A stretch of 64,000 bases of DNA, taken from the NCBI GenBank assembly GCA_051294905.1, contig CM119371.1, positions 19,284,001-19,348,000 on the forward strand. The letters run 5' to 3'. A program made the position numbers and the translations under genes. The stretch is from Botryllus schlosseri (taxonomy: Eukaryota). Shown here piece by piece: positions 51,628 through 64,000 of the stretch; positions within the stretch are counted from its first letter, which is position 1, and each line of letters starts with the position of its first letter. The notes under the pieces were generated by a model. The model worked only from the letters and a program-made list of their open reading frames with translations, was not told the DNA's origin and made no database searches.

Positions 51628-52480
51628 CTGGACACCCCTGTTCTGTATGGGATATCTACTCAGATATCTTTCAAAAATCATAATCAGCTGCGATAATTTT
51701 ACTATACGAAATCATACTTCAACGATAGGTCGATAGCACCAGTCAGCTTACACGGTTCAGACTTAGGGCTTTGCATCTCAAATCCTCATCTGGAATTAAA
51801 CTGATTGATTGACACGAGAGAGAACTTATCTAGCTAGTACGTAACTTACATAGTACGTGTACGGACGCCTTTGGCTTTGACTGCGAGCACATTCTAGATG
51901 AGCCAGACTGACTGACAATTTCCCGTAACACTCAAGTATATCTGTGCTAAAGCCGTTACTACACGCATCGCGCACTTTTGTAACACTTTCGAAAGTGCCA
52001 CATCTGAACAACAAGTTAAAACGTGACATGCCCTGCGGCTATAGATGGATAACTAATCTACACAATTGTGTGACTCACGGTTGAATACCCAAATGCAGAC
52101 AGCGATTGTTGGTCGCTTCGTAAACAGAAATTGTGTCCCAGCGACCGGACAGCATTATGTCCGCGGGGGTAGATTCGGGCGGTATTGTAACTCGGACACA
52201 ACGTCTGGGGAATGTTGTGACTCGTTGCAACTCGGACATCATATGTGGGATAGCTTCAGACTTCAGTACAACTGAGATATTATGTCTTTAGTATGCTCGT
52301 AACAGAGTTGGATCAATTGTAATTTGTGATTGAGCTGAATGTTATCAATTACATTTTTTTATGTAATTGTAATTGTAATTAAAGCATTTCTATTTTGTGT
52401 AATTGTAATTTGATGAAAATTTTGCTCAATTACAATTTTAATCATATTTTTATGGAAACCTGACGATCACAACATGAAAT

Positions 52481-52592
52481 AATCATCAATCAATCATTTA
52501 TTCGTCACACCTGTGAAAATCCGGTACGGACCAGGATGACGACGAGGGGCCGCAAGGCCTTAAGGCCTTAGTACACAGTCGCCACCTGTAAT
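52481..52592 (-). mobile_element. Short structured retroelement 3' end
   Basis: Minus strand has GC-rich hairpins, then GTGACGAATAAA and a (TGAT)n tail. Confidence 0.55.
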
Positions 52593-53022
52593 AATCAGCC
52601 TATTTACATCGGTGTTCTATGCGTGCCGCGTTATAACTAGATAATTCAGCCATGCCAAACTGTTTTCCCTACTTCAGTAGCAACAGAAAACTTTGTGAAT
52701 TATAATATAGGCTAAACCAGTGGCCCTTAAACTGGTGGGCGTACCCCCTTGCGCGACGTGAAAGCATCTGAAGGGGGCGCGAGGCTCTGGTAAACTGAAA
52801 TCTGCACCTGACTGACACGAGACAGAATCTATATCCATCTGCTATTCCTAAAATAAACATATTCGGATTTATAAAGTGAGTTGACAGTGTTGGTACTTAA
52901 AAGCTGCGCCTGTGTTCTGATGGGGATATTCCTGAAATCCTCCGTGGTACGTTTACGCCATCTAGCGTCCCATAGTTCAATGGGATAGCAACTTCTTCGA
53001 AAACCGGAATCACAAATTTCAT

Positions 53023-53281
53023 CGAGAGAGAGAGAGAGAGAAATGATTTTATTTTTCGCCTGCACCATCGAGATGCTTCGACGACGGAGATGCCATACGA
53101 ACGTAAGGTCACCTAGTCTGCACCCACGTTTTTTCTCCTTCTCCATGCTATCCGTGGATGCCAGCAGGATAGCCGCGGATTACCAGTTTTCGAGTCTTTG
53201 ATCTGACCCGACCGGGGATCGAAACCACGACCTACCGACCAAGAAGCCGGACGCATCACCATTACACTATCTCGCTCGGCT
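53023..53281 (-). mobile_element. tRNA-derived SINE, family A
   Basis: GCCGAGCGAGATAGTGTAATGG...GTTTCGATCCC head; homologous to 4591-4839; (TC)n tail. Confidence 0.8.
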
Positions 53282-53339
53282 TTCATGCTCGCCAGGGCCA
53301 CAAGAGCCGCACCCCAAACCCCACACTGCGGCCACTGCT

Positions 53340-53845
53340 CCGATCACTTTAATGACTTCTTTACCTCGGTATCAAAAGTGCATAAGTACGAGACACGCGT
53401 GTCCACGTCGTCTAACTATCATATGGTTGACAAAAAAGATCATCAATCTATAAAATATGCCGGACCTGAAGTGTGGAACAGTATGTCGCCGGCTATCCGA
53501 CAGTCATCGAGCATGTCCTCATTCAAGTCGAAATACAAGCAATTTCTGCTGAATGAATACTATACCCAGCCCTCACCATTTACCGGACCACACGACCTGA
53601 CATATCGATCTCGCCTTCCGTCACTTAACACCTGATTTTATCGGTTGCCACTTAATATATTATCTTCTTTTACTTTCATTTACTGTGCGTGCCTCCTCTT
53701 TACATCGCCTAGGCCCGGGTGGGTATCTGATCTTAAGACTAGGCTACTTCTTATAGTCGTTTCGGCATCTTCCAATCATTCATTGTATTGCAGTCTTGCG
53801 ATGTTTCGAAGCGATGAAATTGTATGAATAAACTTGAACTTGAAC
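53340..53845 (+). mobile_element. CR1/L2-like LINE 3' fragment (ORF2 C-terminus plus 3' UTR)
   Basis: HKYETR...SIKYAGPEVWNSM...FKSKYKQFLL; ends AATAAA(CTTGAA)n. Confidence 0.8.
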
Positions 53846-54837
53846 AGTTGTGGGGGTCCGAGCTCGAACGGGCCCCAAATCAACATAAGCTATAGTTTTA
53901 TGGGAGTCACAAAAGCCTAGAGAAAGACCCAATTAATGAAGAACGTACTCAAGAAAGAAAGCGAATGGAAAGAGCAAAAAAGACAATAAAGATTACAATA
54001 AAAATCTTTGACATCGCGGGCACTATAGGCCGAGGTAGATGCCATGCCAGACCGTATAACTGGTCGTTTCGGCATCCTCTATCTATTCGTTCCATTGCAT
54101 TGTATATTGTGTGTGTACTGATCAGATGAAAGTATAATTTGCCGATTATTTTTATTATCAAAAATGTTTTTCTTGAAAATTTTCTTTGCGCTTCACGTGA
54201 TTTGAAATGAGTTTACATGTCTTGATTTTATAATGCGTGACCCAAAACAAAATACCTATCAGTTCTAGAGATAGGCATTTCATTTTCCATCGTTACCGCA
54301 CCACGACAGACCATCAAAGTCATATGAATTTTCATTGTGTTAATGAAATGTTCATTATGTTTAATATCCAGCATTATCCAATTTGGAATCGTGTAGTGCG
54401 TCTCACGAAAGAAGTATTTTGAGCGATCCCAATATTTTTTTACTATAGCAGACGGGAGGTCACAAAATAGCAACTGGAAGTAAAGCACTTAATATCAGCT
54501 CTACCGATGATTCTGATCACGTCGGTTGTCAGAGGACAAAAAATAAAAATCCAATTACCCAAATTATTGACCTGTACGTATCACCGAATTGCATTTTTAT
54601 ATGTATATGTTATTCTTGATTTGAAGAATGAGAGAGAGAGAGAGAGAGAGAGAGAGTGAGTGAGTGTCTTTATTTTCATCCAACCAAAATACATAACACA
54701 CGGCAGTGATGGTGGTACAGAAAATATGCATGCACACTGCACAGTATTCGGTATTAGATAGGAATGATCGATGAGACCGTGAAGGTCATCTAGTCTGATC
54801 ACACCAGCATCAAACATAGGTACACTTGACTCTAAAC

Positions 54838-55957
54838 CAGGGGTGGGCAAACTTTTGGGCTCGCAAGCCGCATTCAACATCTGAATCCATTTGCGGGCCG
54901 CACTCTATAAAATTGGGAATATCAACCAAAAGCAATCCAAACATTGCTTTGATGATATCGTACACTCGTCAGAAACAGTGGCGAGATTTCATAGGCTGGT
55001 CGACTTCAACAGACAATTTGTCGAAAATATAGAGAGGAAAGTCGGTTGTCCCGATTCTTAGAACAGGATTGAAATTTAAATCTGTGCGCAGCGATCCGTT
55101 CATTGATTTACTACGTCCACTTTTGGTTCAGTTCCAGGGACTCACAATGCTGACAGCATCATAACCATGTTAGCTTCAAACACGCTTCTACTATGTGTAG
55201 ATAAAATAGAAATACCCTAATTCTACGCATACAGAGAACGAATCTTCCTAAGACACACGCGAATCATTTTTTATGAGCACATCACTGAACTAATTACAAC
55301 TGGAGTGGCCAATCTGAAAACACACTCGTGATCCGAATTATGTCAATCTCGTTTAGGATTTCTGTGATGTTTAGCAGTTGAAACCTTTGAAACTGCGTGG
55401 AATAGGAAGTATTTACCTTAGAACACGTGGCTCTCAAACTTTTTGAGAAACGCCCCCTCCCACCTTTATGATGGTAAAAGATTTCGAGCCCCCCTATCCA
55501 TATCATCATATCACCACACGCAATCAAAATGCTAGCAAACCTAACTGATAGCTTGATGCAGGGATATCTAGATATCCCTGGTTTTATGGCATGGAAGGTT
55601 ACGACTGTGGATGAGAGATTTTTAAATATGAAATTTAGACTACATACATGAGCAACTATTACGAATGGGTAGTAAATCGCGTGAAGCGCGAAAAAGTTTT
55701 TCAGTGGAGCACAGCTTCGCGCCCCCTTCAGATGCTTTCACGCACCCAATGGGGTGCACCCCCGGTTTGAGAACCACTGCCTTAGAATTATCGTGGTGAA
55801 ATATACTAAGAAAAAGTTTAATCAAGTCCCTGCATTAATTCGATTTTAAGTACGCATTTTATCAATATTTTATTAAGTTTCTTTAGACTCTCGCGGGCCT
55901 CACAGAACGGTGTGGAGGGCCGCATGCGGCCCGCGGGCCGTAGTTTGCCCACCCCTG
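54838..55957. mobile_element. hAT-type MITE with a nested hAT MITE (55424-55779)
   Basis: Outer TIR CAGGGGTGGGCAAAC / GTTTGCCCACCCCTG with TSD CTCTAAAC; inner TSD CCTTAGAA. Confidence 0.88.
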
Positions 55958-55999
55958 CTCTAAACAGTCTGGCTGTAAAAACTGTTAGATAAAAAAAGT

Positions 56000-56345
56000 A
56001 AAATTAAACGATGGTAGCAAATGATCAATGAAGCAGTCTGGGTGAGGTAGGGCAACAGTGATTTTATAACGACAAGAGGTGATCAAGTTAGGCTTTTTGA
56101 ATCTATTATAAGTCAATTCACGGATAAGTGGTGGTAATGCATTCCAGAAGATAGGTGCGGAGTAGTCGATAGATCTCTTAGTTAGGTTGCTATTGGGTGG
56201 GGGTAAGTAGATATTTCCTTTAGACGAGGATCTCGTGTAATGGGAGTGGAAATTTTTAGCAAAGTCATCAAACACAGGAGGCAAACTATTGGCAAAATAT
56301 TTGTGAATGTCTTTTGATACTTCGAAGCGATATAGTTCGTCAACT
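56000..56345 (-). mobile_element. CR1/L2-like LINE 3' fragment
   Basis: Close homolog of 46765-47040 (HSHYTRSSSKGNIYLPPPNSNLTKRSIDYS). Confidence 0.85.
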
Positions 56346-57471
56346 GTCAACTGTCTTCGGCAGGTGCAATAATACCTCGAGTAGGATTTTTTGAGATCCA
56401 AATTTTAACATAACAGGCGAAAACATGATCCGACTTTAATCAGGATTCCATTTATCGATCAGCAGTGGATTGGTATTGGAAAAACCATATATCTGTCCAT
56501 AGCCAAGTGCCGAGTTCACTGGCAACCGCCTTTATAAGAGATAGATCTCTATGAAATTGATTTTCGAACGCTCTGGTTCAATTGACATCTGATTGACAGG
56601 TACGAACCCAACTTTTGATAAAAAATTGACTGGGGCTACGAAGTTGAAGTGAATAAAGTTGATCATATCGCTACTCGCTAGGTCAGGGCCATCAGGAGCA
56701 ATATAAATATATACCTACAACAGTCTACCGCTTAAGATAAGATACATACATATCTTACAAGCACCTATATATATATTTCTTTTTGTGTTATGTTACTTTC
56801 GGGAATACTCAATACTGCACTTCGAAATAAAAGCACCAAAGATTAGGAGTTTTAATTGAAGTACTGCGATCCTATAACAATGGAAAATTTCCTAAAATTG
56901 TTTTCATCGCTTTCTGCATCCCATTTGAAATTCACTACCACGATAGTTATACAGTTCATAAAGTGATTTATTCCCACTTTGCTTTCAAATGTCGAATTAT
57001 ATGGTATATTACTATCATTACACTTTGGGCCACAGTGCACATACGATATGTATAGATTTAGTGTAAAAAGTATGAGTTCCTTATACAGCCATGCTTTTTT
57101 CATGGGCGTCCGTCTGCAATACTTTCCACATTCTGACATTCTCATAATAATGCGGTTAATCTAACGCCGTTGCCGCACTTTTCGGGTCTTTTTCGTAAAT
57201 GTTGGGCTATCCTATTCATCTATCACCCAAGTAAATCCCGTTTTACTTTCAAATGACGAATTCTATTGCTTCAATAGCACTATATCGGTACATATTTGAT
57301 TAGAAGAATTAGGCCTACCGCCGCTACCGGTATATTTTATTGACATGTAATACCTTACCCTGGTAAGTCCTACATTACTTTCAAATGACGAATTCTATTG
57401 TTGTCAACTTGTCATAGCGCTGCAGTTACAGTGTACAGATTCTATCAATATTGATTTAAAGGAATGCTGAG

Positions 57472-59544
57472 ATGTTAGCCACAAGGTTCTTGAAAGATGC
57501 ACTAAACTCCAAGTACAACCGGCAATATTTGAACTTGCGAACATTCAGATGGAAGATATCAACTCAACATGGGAATAAGCCGCTTATGCTGCAAAGAAGA
57601 GAGCTGGGAATATTAAGAAATGGCAAAATACCGAAGTCGAACTATAAGAATGTACGATATCAAATTCCCGGTCCAACGAACGTAGTCGGAAAACTGGACG
57701 GTTTAGAAACCACGCACGTCGGCGCTAAGAAGATAACCAAGTTTATGATGTCATACATCTGGCCGAAGGACAAGCCGCAAGTTAAAAGAACGGTAGTGTT
57801 CTCCTTATCCTTACTTGTAGGCGCGAAATTATTGAACGTACAAGTGCCTTTTCTCCTCAAATACGCCGTAGATCAAATATCTCTGATGTCTACTACTTCC
57901 CCAGAGCTGGCGGCTTTTACGACTGTGTATTTTCTGATAGTGGGCTACGGGGCCGCCCGTGTAGGCGCCAGTCTTTGTAATGAGCTGCGGGACGCTGTGT
58001 TCGCAAAGGTGGCGCAGAGGTCTATCCGAGAAATCGCCAGGGAACTGTTCGGACATTTGCACTCTTTAGACATGAGATTTCATATGGGCAGACAGACTGG
58101 TGCGTTGTCAAAAGCAATTGACCGCGGCACCAGAGGCATCAACTTTGTTTTCCGGGCTCTTGTGTTTAACATTGTCCCTACAATATTCGAAGTTACCTTA
58201 GTGTCCTCGATATTATGGTACAAATGTGGTGGTCAATTCGCAGTCGTGACTCTAGCCACTCTTACGACTTACATAGCATGGACGCTGTCGATAACGGCTT
58301 GGCGCACGAAATTCCGTCAAACCATGAACCGCGCTGATAACGAAATGGGAAATTTAGCCGTGGACTCGTTGATCAATTACGAAACCGTCAAGTATTTCAA
58401 CAACGAAGACTTTGAGACCAAACGCTACGATAAAGTCCTCGCGAGGTACGAAGAAGCGAATTTGAAGACAAACACGTCTCTCGCGCTGCTAAATTTCGGC
58501 CAGCAGTTCATTTTCGGATGTGGCTTGACAGCGATTATGTTACTAGCTGCGCAAGGCATCCAAACCGGAACCCTAACAGTCGGAGATTTAGTCATGGTTA
58601 ACGGATTGTTATTCCAGCTTTCTGTCCCGTTGAATTTCCTCGGATCAGTCTACCGAGATATAAGACAAGCTCTCATCGATATGGGAACTATGTTTAATTT
58701 GATGGAACGTAAAAGAGAAGTGACGAACGCGATCGACGCTGCACCGTTACTCGTTAAAGACGACATCGCCGCTATTAAATTCGACAACGTAACTTTCGGA
58801 TATGAGAAAGACAAAACTATATTAAACGGATTATCGTTCGAGGTACCTACTGGCAAAAAAGTAGCGATTATCGGCGGAAGCGGAAGCGGTAAAACCACAA
58901 TCGCTAGACTCCTGTACCGATTTTACGATCCGTGGCACGGAAGCATACACATCAACGATCAAAACATCAGACTCGTGACTGTGGAAACTCTGCGGAAAGC
59001 GATAGGTATTGTACCTCAAGAAACAGTGTTATTTCACGATTCGATATACCATAATATCTCGTACGGAGACTTAAACGCTGGCAAAGAGAATATCTACGAT
59101 GCTGCACGTGTAGCCGATATTCACGACTCAATCATATCGATGCCGAAAGGCTACGAAACTATGGTAGGAGAGAGAGGTCTGAAATTATCAGGAGGCGAAA
59201 AGCAGAGAGTCGCGATCGCGAGGGCTGTGCTCAAACAGCCGTGTATTGTGTTATACGACGAAGCCACATCGTCGCTAGACTCTATCACGGAGCAGAACAT
59301 TTTGAAAGCGCTACGTAGATTCACGATTAACAAAACCTCGATATTTATCGCGCACCGCCTGTCGACTGTGATGGATTGCGACGAGATTTTGGTGTTGAAT
59401 CAAGGCCGGGTGGTGCAGAAAGGCACTCATCAACAGTTGATGGCCGACCCGACTTCGTTGTACACCAAACTGTGGGAAAGTCAGAACACTGTGTCGTCTG
59501 ACGAGGGTGACAAAGACAAATACGGCGATAATTTAATTCAGTAG
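57472..59544 (+). CDS. ABCB7: Mitochondrial ABC half-transporter ABCB7/ATM1 (Fe-S cluster precursor export)
   Basis: 690-aa uninterrupted ORF: basic N-terminal presequence, [32 protein letters not shown], Walker A GGSGSGKT, signature LSGGEKQR, Walker [18 protein letters not shown]. Confidence 0.95.
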   Translation: MLATRFLKDALNSKYNRQYLNLRTFRWKISTQHGNKPLMLQRRELGILRNGKIPKSNYKNVRYQIPGPTNVVGKLDGLETTHVGAKKITKFMMSYIWPKDKPQVKRTVVFSLSLLVGAKLLNVQVPFLLKYAVDQISLMSTTSPELAAFTTVYFLIVGYGAARVGASLCNELRDAVFAKVAQRSIREIARELFGHLHSLDMRFHMGRQTGALSKAIDRGTRGINFVFRALVFNIVPTIFEVTLVSSILWYKCGGQFAVVTLATLTTYIAWTLSITAWRTKFRQTMNRADNEMGNLAVDSLINYETVKYFNNEDFETKRYDKVLARYEEANLKTNTSLALLNFGQQFIFGCGLTAIMLLAAQGIQTGTLTVGDLVMVNGLLFQLSVPLNFLGSVYRDIRQALIDMGTMFNLMERKREVTNAIDAAPLLVKDDIAAIKFDNVTFGYEKDKTILNGLSFEVPTGKKVAIIGGSGSGKTTIARLLYRFYDPWHGSIHINDQNIRLVTVETLRKAIGIVPQETVLFHDSIYHNISYGDLNAGKENIYDAARVADIHDSIISMPKGYETMVGERGLKLSGGEKQRVAIARAVLKQPCIVLYDEATSSLDSITEQNILKALRRFTINKTSIFIAHRLSTVMDCDEILVLNQGRVVQKGTHQQLMADPTSLYTKLWESQNTVSSDEGDKDKYGDNLIQ

Positions 59545-61987
59545 TCGCCGATCCGTCTTTTCGAAAATATGCTGTGAGTTTTTTTCGATCTCGTTTACAT
59601 TTGAGAGCAGGTTCAGGTGAAATCGAGATCGAGTACCTGGGTAATTTGATTCCGAGTCGAGCATCAAGATTCGATTTGATATCCGAGCATCGCATGTGAA
59701 TGACGTCATTACTACGGCTGGGCAAAATCGAATACCTACCTGGGTGATTTGATTATGAATCGCGTATTATGCTTAGAGTCGGGTATTCAAGCATCACTCA
59801 TTATAATGTCACATGACGCAAAGTTATCGAGAATTAAGATATTTACTTATAAGGTCATGTCATTTGCCATGTATTCAAAAGTAAGCGCATGTTAATATTG
59901 TAATCTATGGGCTCCATTATTGTCATTTTATGATATGGGGATTATGGTCAGGATGCTCTTACAAACATGAATCAGCGTGACTTTCTCAAACTATATAAAT
60001 ACCATTTTTGGCATATTTCTGTTCTATCTCAAACCTCTCTGCCTCAGTCAAATGGTAGAACTATAGAACGGCAATGTGGCAACAACATGGTTGAATCGTT
60101 CTGTAAATCAGCAAATTGTTCTATGGAAAAAGGCCGTGTCTCATGTTTGCCTCCTCTCCCGAATCCTACGACTTGCTACAGTTGCGCATGATTATTTTTG
60201 GCGCAATAATAAACTGAAAGTTTTTCACGCGCTAAGCTCGATTTGCTTCCACTTGTAGTTATTGCTCTGTGTCTAGTCCAGATTTCATATTTGAGAGGTC
60301 TCTCTACAGGGATAACCTGCCGTGCCATCAAACTATGCATAGCAATTGCAAACATTCTGGTTGCTCTTTTTAACATTTATATGACAGTAAGGGAGGCACA
60401 CAATTTTTAATTGGTCAAGAACACTTCCTCTTTTACGTACCGTACTTGGAAAATTGCTACTTCTACTTGAGTAGGCTATCAACTAAGCAACTACCAATGA
60501 TTACTACCTCTGACCACTTCTGTTCTGGACCATGGCCATTGTGAGGGTTGTTCATAACTTGCCAGAATTGCCTTACCACGAACATTCGTGCAACCTGCTT
60601 TACGATGCCGAGTTGACGCTAACCAAGATTTTCAAGCTCCATAGGAGTAAAGTATTGAAGCTACCCTTTTCCATGTTCAAATATTAGGCCTACTTTCGGT
60701 GAAAAATTTTGCTTCTCGAGACCCGACTCTCACTACTCGACTTAAATCATTACAGTTGATACTCTACTTGGAGTTTAATACACGAATCACGGTGCTCAGC
60801 TCTAGATACGAGATTATGCTGGCACACTTTCTTCTTGTTTCTTCGTCAAGAACATTTGTCTCGACTTTATCTAGGAAAATTGTTGATTCATTCATCGTAT
60901 GCAATACTTAATAGACCATTTGGATAACAGATATTAAATAGTCTCATTTCAATACTGTTTGTGTTGAATTTCTCATGTACATAACTTTAAAACGTACTGT
61001 CCTGATGTGTTTGAGCCAAGTTTTGAACCATGACCCTCAGCCTTTCAAAGTGGTAAATGGTACTCCGATTTAAATTATCTGGCGCTTGATTTCAGCGTGT
61101 CAGTAAAAAAAATTTACCAGTTGATTCGTCATTTGTAATAGTGGCGCTGTATCTGTGAAATTTTGATATTATGACCGTCAATTTAGCTAATTGCATGGCG
61201 TTTAAGGTGTCCAGTTGAAACTGTCCCTGGTACAAGTATATATACCGTACTCTGAAATGTTGAGAATGTCAAATGTTGTAGTGTTATGGTGCAAAAAGCA
61301 GGAGTTTCAGACACGGCTATACATTTTAAGGGTATGGGTGTGAAATGCTTTCCAAATCTACGTAATGTTATCGGTCCAACGCGGTTGCAAAGACAGCTAA
61401 AATGACATTGAATTTGTCTTTGCCCTAGCGATTGGCCTACCATTCACATGTACCACCGTAGCAGAAGTAGGCCATTACATATTAAGTGTAACGAGCATGT
61501 TATTTGATTTCCTTCTCTTCCCTCTGTCAAACAAAACGAGTTCGCACCCACCTTTAGCCTACCCCCGACTTCAAGGCCAGACACGCATGTAAACAAACAT
61601 AATATGAGAGCCTGTTCTCTGTTTTGAACAATATACAATGACAAAAAGAGTGATGACGATGTACCCTGCAAATATCAGCTGTCCATTTTTATTAAAGCGT
61701 AGGCGATGCTTTACCATACATCCATTCATTTACTTATCGACATTTTAATGCAGGAGAGGTATGAGTATGAGAGGCCGTTCTCTCTTCAGATCCAAATACA
61801 AGAATAAGTGTGATCACATACCCTCAAAATATCAACGTTTCTTATTAAAGCATAGACGATACTTTGCCATACGTTTACATATCTACATTTTGATGAACAG
61901 CTTTTGATTTTTTGTCAGAATTCTAACTGTATCTAATTCTCGTTTGGATGTGTGTCCAGTGTGGAGGAGTGCTTCATTTTGAATTTT

Positions 61988-62377
61988 ATGGCTTCCGAAT
62001 CGGACGATAAAGCGCTAGAAGCGTTGGCAGCGGCCGAACTGTTGAAGGAAGCTAAACGTGGGCGAGAGAGAGAGAAAACGTTGGGAACGGAAGGATGGAA
62101 GAAGCCGACCGGCCGTCCGAACAAACTCTTCATAGGAAGATCGGTAGCGAGTGCTATGAAGCAGACTCGGTACCAAGACGAAACAAGACGCAGTAAAAGC
62201 TCAAAATCGAGCCAAGACTCACGAGATAAGAAGCGCTCTCGAGCGTCTCCAGAGAAAACGCATACAAGCAAGAAAGACATTGAGGAAGCTGACTCTCGAA
62301 AGAGAAAACGCAAGCATTATGATATGGATTACGAGAAGAAATTTAAAGATAAGAAGCGAAAGTCTGAACGGCGGTAG
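61988..62377 (+). CDS. POLR1D isoform 2-like small basic protein (129 aa)
   Basis: ELLKEAKRGREREKTLGTEGW..PTGRPNKLF resembles the recalled human POLR1D isoform 2 motif EELLKEAKRGKTRAETMGPMGW..NKRF; Lys/Arg/Ser-rich tail. Confidence 0.75.
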   Translation: MASESDDKALEALAAAELLKEAKRGREREKTLGTEGWKKPTGRPNKLFIGRSVASAMKQTRYQDETRRSKSSKSSQDSRDKKRSRASPEKTHTSKKDIEEADSRKRKRKHYDMDYEKKFKDKKRKSERR

Positions 62378-62539
62378 TCAGGAGGGAGATTCGAAATCCG
62401 TTAGGCGCCTTCGCAGAATTTGTTTGCTGTCGGTACTGTCGGGGGGAAATAGAGTGCAGCATTCAACGCCTAAACCGTCATGCTTTTACACTGCTCGACT
62501 TGCAGTTGTGAGCAAGGTTTATCAAGCATATGCACTGTG

Positions 62540-62843
62540 TAGGGTTACCATATTTTGGAAATCTTAAAAGAGAACACTTTTTCAGAATTTTGAGACTTGC
62601 AAAACCGGAGGAAAATCCCGAAAAAATGATGAAAAAAAATCAAAAAAACAAAAAGAAGGTCAACTTTCAGGCTCAGCTCCCGAAATACCCGCCGCAGCGT
62701 ATTTACGGCATATCAGTCGAATTTGACCGTAAATTTGACCAAAATTCTCAAAAGAGAGGACAAAAGGGCGTTCTCCGAGGACGCTTTCAAATAAGTCGAA
62801 AAAGAGGACAAATCCTCTTTCAAGAAGACGTACGGTAACCCTA
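62540..62843. mobile_element. hAT-type MITE
   Basis: TIR TAGGGTTACC / GGTAACCCTA; perfect TSD GCACTGTG. Confidence 0.85.
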
Positions 62844-63044
62844 GCACTGTGTATACTGCACGGTGAAGAGCAAATTTTGCGCCAAACTTTCGGTTGCAGA
62901 TTATTTATGCGTTTGCCTTTTCCAAAACATTTTCGAGAGTAGATATAGGCTACTCTTATGCATTAAATGTGCGAAGTGATGTACGAAAGTGTTTATTCTT
63001 TTCAATTGCATGCACTTTATGCTACATTACTTTTAAGTGGTATG

Positions 63045-63481
63045 CCGAGGGTTGTAAGCAAGTCACAAGTCAATTACGGTAGACTTTTATAGTTTTGACT
63101 CGAGTCAATTTGAGTGATTTTTAATTCACTACCGAGTAAGTCCAAGTCCAATTTCGGGAGCAAAGGGATGAGTCCGAGCGTTAAGACTCGAGTTCAAGTC
63201 ATAGTGGTAACTGTTCAGTATCTAGTTCCAGTCAAGTTCAACTTACTCCTGTGAAACTCTTGGGTGATATCGCTGACCTCGGATTCATAAATATACTCAT
63301 GTTATCTCACTCTAGACATGTTTATTCAAACTGATAAAAGACAGCTTCTGTGCCTATTTTTCAACCGTCGGTCTTGAGATAGGAGACTTGAATAAGTGAT
63401 ATAGAATGTGTCGAGTCATGCTCATTGACTCGAGTACAAGTCGAGTCAATACACAAACTGACTCAAGTCATTACCACCCTG
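63045..63481. mobile_element. GACTCGAGTC-family MITE (other fragments at ~55-200, 41800-41935, 45050-45230)
   Basis: Clustered GACTCGAGTC/GACTTGACT motifs; ends ACCACCCTG; left end resembles the copy at 45051. Confidence 0.65.
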
Positions 63482-63681
63482 GGCACGCAATTCATGCAGA
63501 TATATCAAAAGGTTACCGGGTTAAAAATGTTTCAGAACAGCTGCCATAGACAATGGCTAAATCAGCACTGAATATTTATTGAGTTTGTTTTAGTACTGAT
63601 ACTTAGTCCCTTAATTCACAATGCAAAACTTTCACCCATTTTAACTCTTGTGTGTTTCATCCTCACAGCGTTAGGACTTAG

Positions 63682-64000
63682 ATGATGAGTTTTGACACGT
63701 ACCGCGAGTTTGAGGCGTCCTTGCAAGCGGCCAGGGAAAGAAGAAAAAAGCCGAACGTCAACAAGAGAGTGCTGAAAAAATTCATACTGAGCACGGAAGC
63801 CCACAATCGGAATCAGGAAGAGCAGGAGATGTGGACGAAGCATTTTGCGTCGAAAAATAAAAACTCTGAAACGTCGCAGTCGTCATCGGACGAGAGACAC
63901 AAGAAAAAGAAGAAAAAGGCGACAAAAAAGGAGAGAATTGACGAGAAAAAAGAACAAAAGAAACGCTACGACGATGACAGCTTGTCTTCAGGTAAAGAAA
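63682..64000 (+). CDS. NKAPD1/C11orf57-like protein, 5' part (runs off the window; absent from the ORF track)
   Basis: Open frame MMSFDTYREF...NKRVLKKFILSTEAHNRNQEEQEMW...HKKKKKK resembles the recalled NKAPD1 motif [23 protein letters not shown]. Confidence 0.7.
   Translation, partial: MMSFDTYREFEASLQAARERRKKPNVNKRVLKKFILSTEAHNRNQEEQEMWTKHFASKNKNSETSQSSSDERHKKKKKKATKKERIDEKKEQKKRYDDDSLSSGKE

Noticed and set aside
57660..59725. Antisense ORFs over ABCB7 (likewise those over the ZNF genes and 61933-62313)
   Set aside because: Shadow frames of real coding sequence with no motifs.

Overview
Animal (invertebrate) genomic DNA, AT-rich and dominated by transposable elements. A tunicate or other marine invertebrate is plausible but cannot be proven from the sequence. 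Host genes: two paralogous single-exon tandem C2H2 zinc-finger genes on the minus strand (14 and 13 intact fingers), an intronless ABCB7/ATM1 mitochondrial half-transporter, and two small Lys/Arg-rich genes at the right end (POLR1D-isoform-2-like and NKAPD1-like, the latter running off the window). The rest is mostly nested mobile elements whose ends and target-site duplications (TSDs) can be read directly: many hAT-type MITEs, a piggyBac relic, a Mutator/MULE relic, CR1/L2-type LINE fragments, two tRNA-derived SINE families and Penelope-like element (PLE) 3' ends. Most notable are (i) minimal type I hammerhead ribozymes in the PLE ends, including a near-perfect ~430-bp-arm palindrome with a hammerhead in each arm and a candidate loop II pseudoknot, and (ii) a 3.3-kb element with Polinton/Maverick-type ends (AGTAGT termini, ~367-bp terminal inverted repeats (TIRs), 6-bp TSD) but no recognisable Polinton genes, sitting in an 8.6-kb nested stack. 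Family assignments rest on terminal motifs, TSD length and recalled protein motifs; no database search was run.
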